Notes under the pieces: model-generated
What the model was told of the DNA's origin: nothing
What the model saw: the letters and a program-made list of their open reading frames with translations, nothing else
The model's database searches: none
Made by a program: the position numbers and the translations under genes
NCBI GenBank assembly: GCA_040752395.1
Contig: JBFMHD010000037.1
Coordinates: 5,404-16,593, forward strand
DNA: 11,190 nucleotides
Source: Candidatus Hydrogenedentota bacterium
GTDB lineage: Bacteria; JBFMHD01
Direction of reading: 5' to 3'
Part shown: positions 6,368 through 11,190 of the stretch, piece after piece
Layout of the letters: each line of letters opens with the position of its first letter
Numbering within the stretch: the first letter of the stretch is position 1

Positions 6368-6811
6368 ATGAAAGTTATAACAGTTAATAAGAAAGCTGGG
6401 TTTAATTATCAAATATTTGAAAGGTTTGAAGCTGGTATAGTTCTTAAAGGTAGTGAGGTAAAATCAATAAGAGAAGGTAATATAAATTTAAAAGATGGTT
6501 ATTGTATAATGAAGGCAGATGAATTATATCTTATAAATGTGCATATATCAAGGTATAAGCCATCAGGAGTATTGAATCATGAACCTGAACGGGCACGAAA
6601 AATGCTCCTTCATAAAAGAGAATTAAAAAGATTGACAGGAAAGATCAATGAGAGAGGGTTAAGTATTATACCATTAAAGGTTTATATAAATCAAAAAGGC
6701 AGAATCAAAGTTGAGATAGGTTTAGCTAAGGGGAAAAGTAAGATTGATAAACGTGAGGATTTAAGAAAAAGAGCTATTGATAGAGAGATTGAGAGAGAGT
6801 TAAAGTATTGA
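6368..6811 (+). CDS. smpB: SsrA-binding protein SmpB
   Basis: 147 aa. KKAGFNYQIFERFEAGIVLKGSEVKSIREGNINLKDGY matches the SmpB signature. A basic C-terminal tail is present. The tmRNA gene follows on the same strand. Confidence 0.95.
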   Translation: MKVITVNKKAGFNYQIFERFEAGIVLKGSEVKSIREGNINLKDGYCIMKADELYLINVHISRYKPSGVLNHEPERARKMLLHKRELKRLTGKINERGLSIIPLKVYINQKGRIKVEIGLAKGKSKIDKREDLRKRAIDREIERELKY

Positions 6812-6850
6812 CGAATCTAAAGTATTATAGTAATATATAAAATTATAGGA

Positions 6851-6969
6851 GACAGAAGACAGAAGTTAAAAAGATACAAAGATTGAAAGATTCAAATGCA
6901 TTTTAACTTTTAATAGGAGGGTAAATAAATTTGCAATTTGCAATTTACAATGGAGCAAAGCGACAAGAA
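6851..6969 (+). repeat. Phase-coherent chain of heptamer tandem tracts upstream of the tmRNA
   Basis: (GACAGAA)x2, AAGATTG/AAAGATT, ATTTTAA/CTTTTAA, (AATTTGC)x3 and a GGAGCAAAGCGACA box (6952-6965). Confidence 0.6.
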
Positions 6970-6971
6970 AG

Positions 6972-7370
<399 letters not shown>

Positions 7371-7472
7371 GCTGACCTTATGGGAGGAAGAGTTCACAAG
7401 GATGTGAATAGAAGAAAATCACCGTGCCTGGAGCGAAGCGACAGCCGGAGTCGAACGAGAGTGAGCTAAAAG

Positions 7473-8177
7473 ATGAAGAATAAACCATCAGTTATAGGTG
7501 TTGTTCTGATTTTTTGCCTGCTACTTTTTAGTAACACTGATTGTATAAAAGCTCAGACTGCAAAAATATTGAGAGTTTGCATAGACCCGGGGCATGGTGG
7601 CGAAGATAGCGGCGTACCTGGTATGGCCGAACTCTTGGAAAAAGATGTTACTTTACAGATAGCAAAAAGAGTAAAGGAACAATTATCAGGTTATCCGAAT
7701 GTTGATATCGTGCTTACAAGAACGCTTGATATAACGTTAAACGATAAAGAAAGAATAAAAAGAATCTTTAACTCTCAACCCTCTCTGGTTATTTCATTAC
7801 ATACAGATGCTTCTTTAGATACAACTCTATCAGGAATAACAATATATAGTCTTGAAAACATAGTATCACCAATTTTAGGAAATGAACAAAAACAAGAAAT
7901 AATTAATAAAACATATAATGCTGCTGAAATAATTTACCAGATTTTTATTAAAAATATAATTTCTTTTGGCGTGAGCAAGCCGATAAAAGCGGATTTAGCG
8001 ACATATAGGAAGATAGGTCTCCCTGTAATTATGATTAATGCTGGATTTATAACTAATGCTGCTGATGAACTTATTATTTCAAAACCCGAGGGTTTAGAAG
8101 AGATAGCAAATAGTATCTCACAGGCAATTATTGGTTTAGAATCCCTCTTTATGGAATCTGTGCAATCAGAAAATTGA
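7473..8177 (+). CDS. N-acetylmuramoyl-L-alanine amidase (Amidase_3 family), secreted
   Basis: 234 aa. N-terminal signal peptide. The CIDPGHGGEDSG and SLHTDAS motifs are the Amidase_3 zinc-ligand signatures. Confidence 0.85.
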   Translation: MKNKPSVIGVVLIFCLLLFSNTDCIKAQTAKILRVCIDPGHGGEDSGVPGMAELLEKDVTLQIAKRVKEQLSGYPNVDIVLTRTLDITLNDKERIKRIFNSQPSLVISLHTDASLDTTLSGITIYSLENIVSPILGNEQKQEIINKTYNAAEIIYQIFIKNIISFGVSKPIKADLATYRKIGLPVIMINAGFITNAADELIISKPEGLEEIANSISQAIIGLESLFMESVQSEN

Positions 8178-8185
8178 TTTTTATT

Positions 8186-8420
8186 CAAGGGTTGAGGCAC
8201 TGCCAGAGAAGAATCTTATCTGCGGAATTTTTGCAATTCGTACAGAATTTTTGCTTTCGAGTCTGGCGTCTGAAGCATACGAATGGAGAATGGGTTGAGG
8301 CACTGCCTCATCCGTCTCTTTGCCAACAAAATTTCGCTTTTTGCATAGAGAATTCGCTTTTGCTGTATGGCATAGCAGATACCGAATGGTAGAATGGGTT
8401 GAGGCACTGCCTCATAATAC
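8186..8420. repeat. Three diverged ~104-bp tandem units, each carrying the palindrome TGAGGCA-c-TGCCTCA
   Basis: Palindromes at 8193-8207 (imperfect, right arm TGCCAGA), 8296-8310 and 8400-8414 (both perfect). Spacing is 103 and 104 bp. The units also share CGAATGG(T)AGAATGGG and GAATTTTTGC-like subrepeats. The period is not divisible by 3. Confidence 0.75.
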
Positions 8421-8469
8421 AATGAAAGCTGTACCTGAAAGTAAACGAGAAAAAAAAAGAGGTAAATCA

Positions 8470-9033
8470 ATGAGAAGAGTAGTATATATAATTATATTTT
8501 TAGCCGGGGTGATAGGTTTACTTTTAACAATAAAAACAAATTTCAATAAAATAAAAAGGGTTAATGAAATAAAAGGAGTTGCAGCATCTCAAACTCCGCT
8601 ACAAACCGAGAATGTGAGTATATATTTTGCTATTAAACAGCGAATGGAGTTACGCCAGGAAATAAGAATAGTTGAAAAAAGTAACACCATAGCTGGTAAA
8701 ATAAAAAGAATTATAGATGAAATGAAAAAGGGACCCCTGGATCCACAACTGAACAGAACCATACCTGCTGATATAGAAATTATGGATATATTCTTATCTT
8801 GTGACAGGGTATTTATTAATTTAGGGACCCACAATTTAGAAGAAATATTTATAAGCTTATCACAGGAGAGGATATTTATTAATTCTATTGTATTTTCTAT
8901 TCTGAAGAATATAGGGTATACCTATGATTCTGTAAGAATACTTATCAATGGGAAGGAGACAGAGGGAGTTCATATATATTTAGGAAGAGACTATAAAATA
9001 AGCGATTTTGAATCAGAAGAAGAAAGTCTATGA
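8470..9033 (+). CDS. GerMN-domain membrane-anchored protein
   Basis: 187 aa. N-terminal TM segment (VVYIIIFLAGVIGLLLTI). The body follows the GerMN pattern (VSIYFAIKQ...IRIVEK...IIDEMKKGP...IPADIEI...ILINGKE). AGAGGT RBS. The 8320 start in the ORF track is an extension through the repeat region. Confidence 0.65.
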   Translation: MRRVVYIIIFLAGVIGLLLTIKTNFNKIKRVNEIKGVAASQTPLQTENVSIYFAIKQRMELRQEIRIVEKSNTIAGKIKRIIDEMKKGPLDPQLNRTIPADIEIMDIFLSCDRVFINLGTHNLEEIFISLSQERIFINSIVFSILKNIGYTYDSVRILINGKETEGVHIYLGRDYKISDFESEEESL

Positions 9034-9602
9034 ATACTAAACCGGGGCAGATTATTTTAAGCAGTCTGTTTTTTATCTTTATTGGATATATAATTTACTG
9101 GGCGTTTTATTCAAAAATTGAAGAACCCAAAATCTTTAATAAAGCCATAGAAAAAAATGTTAAAAATTTAATTACAGGTGGTAAATATATTCGTGCATCA
9201 GAAGGTAAAATTCACTGGGAGATTACTGCAGATGAAACACAAGAAAAGGGCTCAGGCGAGATTAATTTAAAAAGAGTTTATTTAAAATTTTATGATATCG
9301 AGGCCGATACACCGATAATAGTAAATGCACTCGAGGCTATTTATAGCCCCAATAATAAAATCATTAAATTAAAAGATAATGTTGTTATAAAATACGGAGA
9401 TTTATTAATATTAACAGATGAACTTAATTATGAAGAAGAGAACGGATTTTTATTTAGTAAAAGTAATGTGGAGATAAGAGCCAATGAGAGCGTGATATAT
9501 GCCAGAGGATTGAAGGCTTATACAAGAGAAAAAAAATTGAAACTTTTTAATGTAAAAGGCAATTTAAGACCAGAAGATATAGAGGGGTTGAATAATTTAT
9601 GA
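9030..9602 (+). CDS. lptC: LPS export protein LptC
   Basis: 190 aa. N-terminal TM anchor. The C-terminal LKAYTREKKLKLFNVKGNLRPED matches the LptC end motif. ATGA overlap with the upstream gene. lptA and lptB follow. Confidence 0.78.
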   Translation: MNTKPGQIILSSLFFIFIGYIIYWAFYSKIEEPKIFNKAIEKNVKNLITGGKYIRASEGKIHWEITADETQEKGSGEINLKRVYLKFYDIEADTPIIVNALEAIYSPNNKIIKLKDNVVIKYGDLLILTDELNYEEENGFLFSKSNVEIRANESVIYARGLKAYTREKKLKLFNVKGNLRPEDIEGLNNL

Positions 9603-10081
9603 GAAAATTACTGCTGATATCAGTTGTATTTTTATTGTTAGGTAATACCGGGATAGCTTTAGAGGTAGAGAAGATACAGATCAATCATTCCGATGAGATG
9701 ATTTACGACGGGATTAAACATACGCTGGAATATACCGGCAGCGTGGATGTTACAAGCGACCAGATGGAATTAAAAGGTGAGAGAGTCATACTCTATTTTA
9801 ATGAGAAAGAAGATGAGATAATAAAAGCAGAGGCGTTCGGTAATGTATATATGAAAAAGGATGAATTCACTGCTGAAGCAGGTAAAGTAATTTATGAAAC
9901 CCAAAACGGGAAAATTACATTAGAAGAAAAACCAGTTGTTTATGGCGAGGGGAAAAAACTTAAGGCAGATTTTATAATCTACTTTGTTAAAGAGAAACGG
10001 ATTGATGCAAAGGGTAATGTATCGGGATTCTTTATACCACAGAAAAAAAAGAAGAAAGAAGATGAGTCAACTAAAAGCTGA
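9599..10081 (+). CDS. lptA: LPS transport periplasmic protein LptA (OstA-like)
   Basis: 160 aa. Signal peptide. OstA_N-like beta-jellyroll pattern. Lys-rich C-terminal tail. Position in the lptC-A-B operon. Confidence 0.75.
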   Translation: MRKLLLISVVFLLLGNTGIALEVEKIQINHSDEMIYDGIKHTLEYTGSVDVTSDQMELKGERVILYFNEKEDEIIKAEAFGNVYMKKDEFTAEAGKVIYETQNGKITLEEKPVVYGEGKKLKADFIIYFVKEKRIDAKGNVSGFFIPQKKKKKEDESTKS

Positions 10082-10784
10082 AAAAATATCAAAGAGGTTT
10101 GGGAATATAATCGCTGTTAATAATATAAGTCTTGAATTTAGTTGCAGCGAAGTTATTGGTCTGCTTGGACCAAACGGCGCAGGTAAAACAACAACGTTTT
10201 ATATTCTTATAGGATTGATAAAATCTGATACCGGCGATGTTTATATTGACGAACAGAAAATTACAGATTTTCCTATCCATAAAAGAGCACAATTAGGCAT
10301 CGCGTATCTTCCACAGGAACCATCAATATTCCGCAACCTTACTGTTAGAAATAATTTATTAGCGATACTTGAGTATCTCCCTCTTATAGAAGAGGAACGT
10401 GAAAAAAGAATTAATGAAATTTTACTCGATTTTAATCTCGGAAAGATTGTAGATTCTATGGGTTATAGTTTGAGCGGCGGTGAGAGAAGACGAGTTGAAA
10501 TAGCACGAACTTTGCTTCGTAAACCGAGATTCCTTTTGCTCGATGAACCTTTCTCCGGTATCGATCCCATTAAAGTTGATGAACTAAAAAAAGAGATAAT
10601 AAGACTTAAAGAAAAAAATATCGGCATAGTTATAACAGACCATAATGTTAGAGAATTACTTGAGATAACTGATAGAGCTTACATAATTAACAATGGTGAG
10701 GTATTGATAGAGGGAAATTCAAAAGATATAATCGAGAGTGAAGAGGCACGAAATATTTATCTGGGTGAGAATTTTAAATTGTGA
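10062..10784 (+). CDS. lptB: LPS export ABC transporter ATP-binding protein LptB
   Basis: 240 aa from the ATG at 10062. Walker A GPNGAGKTT. ABC signature LSGGERRRVEIAR. Walker B LLLDEPFSGID. Overlaps the lptA end by 20 nt. The 9984 start in the ORF track is an extension. Confidence 0.9.
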   Translation: MSQLKAEKISKRFGNIIAVNNISLEFSCSEVIGLLGPNGAGKTTTFYILIGLIKSDTGDVYIDEQKITDFPIHKRAQLGIAYLPQEPSIFRNLTVRNNLLAILEYLPLIEEEREKRINEILLDFNLGKIVDSMGYSLSGGERRRVEIARTLLRKPRFLLLDEPFSGIDPIKVDELKKEIIRLKEKNIGIVITDHNVRELLEITDRAYIINNGEVLIEGNSKDIIESEEARNIYLGENFKL

Positions 10785-10786
10785 CT

Positions 10787-11027
10787 TAGAAGCAAGAGGC
10801 ACAAAGGCACAGAGGCACAAAGTATGAAAAGAGTCGTGAGTCAAAACAGGACTCGAGACTCAAGACTCAAGACTTTTTAGCAGGCTCCGGGCTTCGGGCT
10901 CCAGCCGGCTGTAGTCCGTAGCCCGTAGCCTGTACCCCGAATTATTAGAGTTACAGCGTTTTTCAGAGGAGCGAAGCGACAATTAGGTTATCGGTGAACT
11001 GACCACCTAACACCGAACTTAAGAAAC
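10787..11027 (+). repeat. Mosaic intergenic repeat cassette, copy 3
   Basis: AGAAGCAAGAGGCAC, (GAGGCAC/AAGGCAC)x3, ATGAAAAGAGTC...(GACTCAA)n...GGCTCCGGGCTTCGGGCTCCAGCCGGCTGTAGTCCGTAGCC, ATTATTAGAGTTACAGCGTTTTTCAGAGGAG, GGAGCGAAGCGACA and ACACCGAACTTAAGAA. Collinear with copy 1 but with fewer tandem units. Confidence 0.7.
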
Positions 11028-11151
11028 TCTATCGATAAAATAGACATAAAATTGACGGTAATATATTAAAATATTGACAAATATAATTTTTTTTAAAAGA
11101 TTTTTAATGAAAAAATACTTTAAAATAAAGAAATTATATTTTAAAAAAAGA

Positions 11152-11186
11152 CTTGACAAAATGGTATAAAGCTTGCTATATATTTT
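11152..11186 (+). promoter_or_regulatory. Putative sigma70 promoter (TTGACA, ~18 nt spacer, TATATA) reading out of the window
   Basis: TTGACA at 11152-11157. TATATA about 18 nt downstream. Sits in an AT-rich tract. Confidence 0.35.
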
Positions 11187-11190
11187 TATG

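Noticed and set aside
8186-8420. Regularly spaced repeats that at first glance resemble a CRISPR array
   Set aside because: The period is ~104 bp with only a ~16-25 bp conserved core. The intervening ~80 bp segments are diverged copies of each other, not unique spacers. There are only three units and no cas genes. The array is better explained as a triplicated tandem unit carrying a palindromic site.
8399-8423. A sigma70 or sigma54 promoter overlapping palindrome 3 (TTGAGG...TACAAT, GGCAC)
   Set aside because: The -35/-10 spacing is 13 nt, and the sigma54 -12 element (TTGCW) is absent. This cannot be supported from sequence alone.
8174-8470. ORFs 8174-8392 (+) and 8216-8470 (-), and the N-terminal part of ORF 8320-9033, with a repeated EWVEALPH peptide
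   Set aside because: They lie entirely in the 104-bp repeat spacer. The peptide repeat arises in different reading frames because 104 is not a multiple of 3, and there is no RBS. The real GerMN start is the ATG at 8470, which has an AGAGGT SD.
10041-10050. A AAA AAG slippery heptamer in the Lys-rich lptA tail, as a possible programmed -1 frameshift
   Set aside because: The -1 frame terminates after 6 codons and does not join the lptB frame. The A-run simply encodes KKKKK.
9984-10061. N-terminal extension of lptB (ORF track start 9984)
   Set aside because: The extension is out of register with LptB homology and overlaps lptA by ~100 nt. ATG 10062, preceded by AGAAAGAAG, gives a canonical 240-aa LptB.
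7934-10292. Minus-strand ORFs 7934-8200, 8589-8834 and 10089-10292
   Set aside because: They are embedded antisense in the amidase, GerMN and lptB genes.

Overview
This is a low-GC bacterial window from a diderm organism (an lptC-lptA-lptB cluster is present). Three parts stand out. (1) Positions 463-4798 (+): a partial or satellite bacterial-microcompartment (BMC) gene set. It contains a CoA-acylating aldehyde dehydrogenase with an N-terminal encapsulation-peptide-like helix, a PduS/RnfC-family Fe-S flavoprotein, a PduT-like tandem BMC-T shell protein that keeps the cluster-ligand Cys38, a small unassigned SAF/beta-grasp-like protein, and two EutN/PduN-type vertex (BMC-P) paralogs. No BMC-H hexamer gene and no signature substrate enzyme lie in the window. 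(2) Positions 4803-6050 (-): a CorA-family transporter whose canonical GMN motif reads SMN, preceded by a small RbfA-like ORF. (3) smpB and a tmRNA gene (6972-7330), then a cell-envelope operon: an Amidase_3 cell-wall amidase, a GerMN-domain protein, LptC, LptA and LptB. The most unusual aspect is the non-coding DNA. Every long intergenic region is built from chains of 7-8 nt micro-tandem repeats whose unit sequence changes every 2-4 copies. At least three copies of a ~200-250 bp mosaic repeat cassette are present (about 200-455, 6122-6305 and 10787-11027), ending in a conserved T-run plus AGGAG leader. There is a 28-nt inverted repeat pair flanking the first two BMC genes. Three 15-bp palindromes sit at ~104-bp spacing upstream of the GerMN-lpt operon. 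An 11-bp inverted copy of the tmRNA T-arm lies just downstream of the tmRNA.
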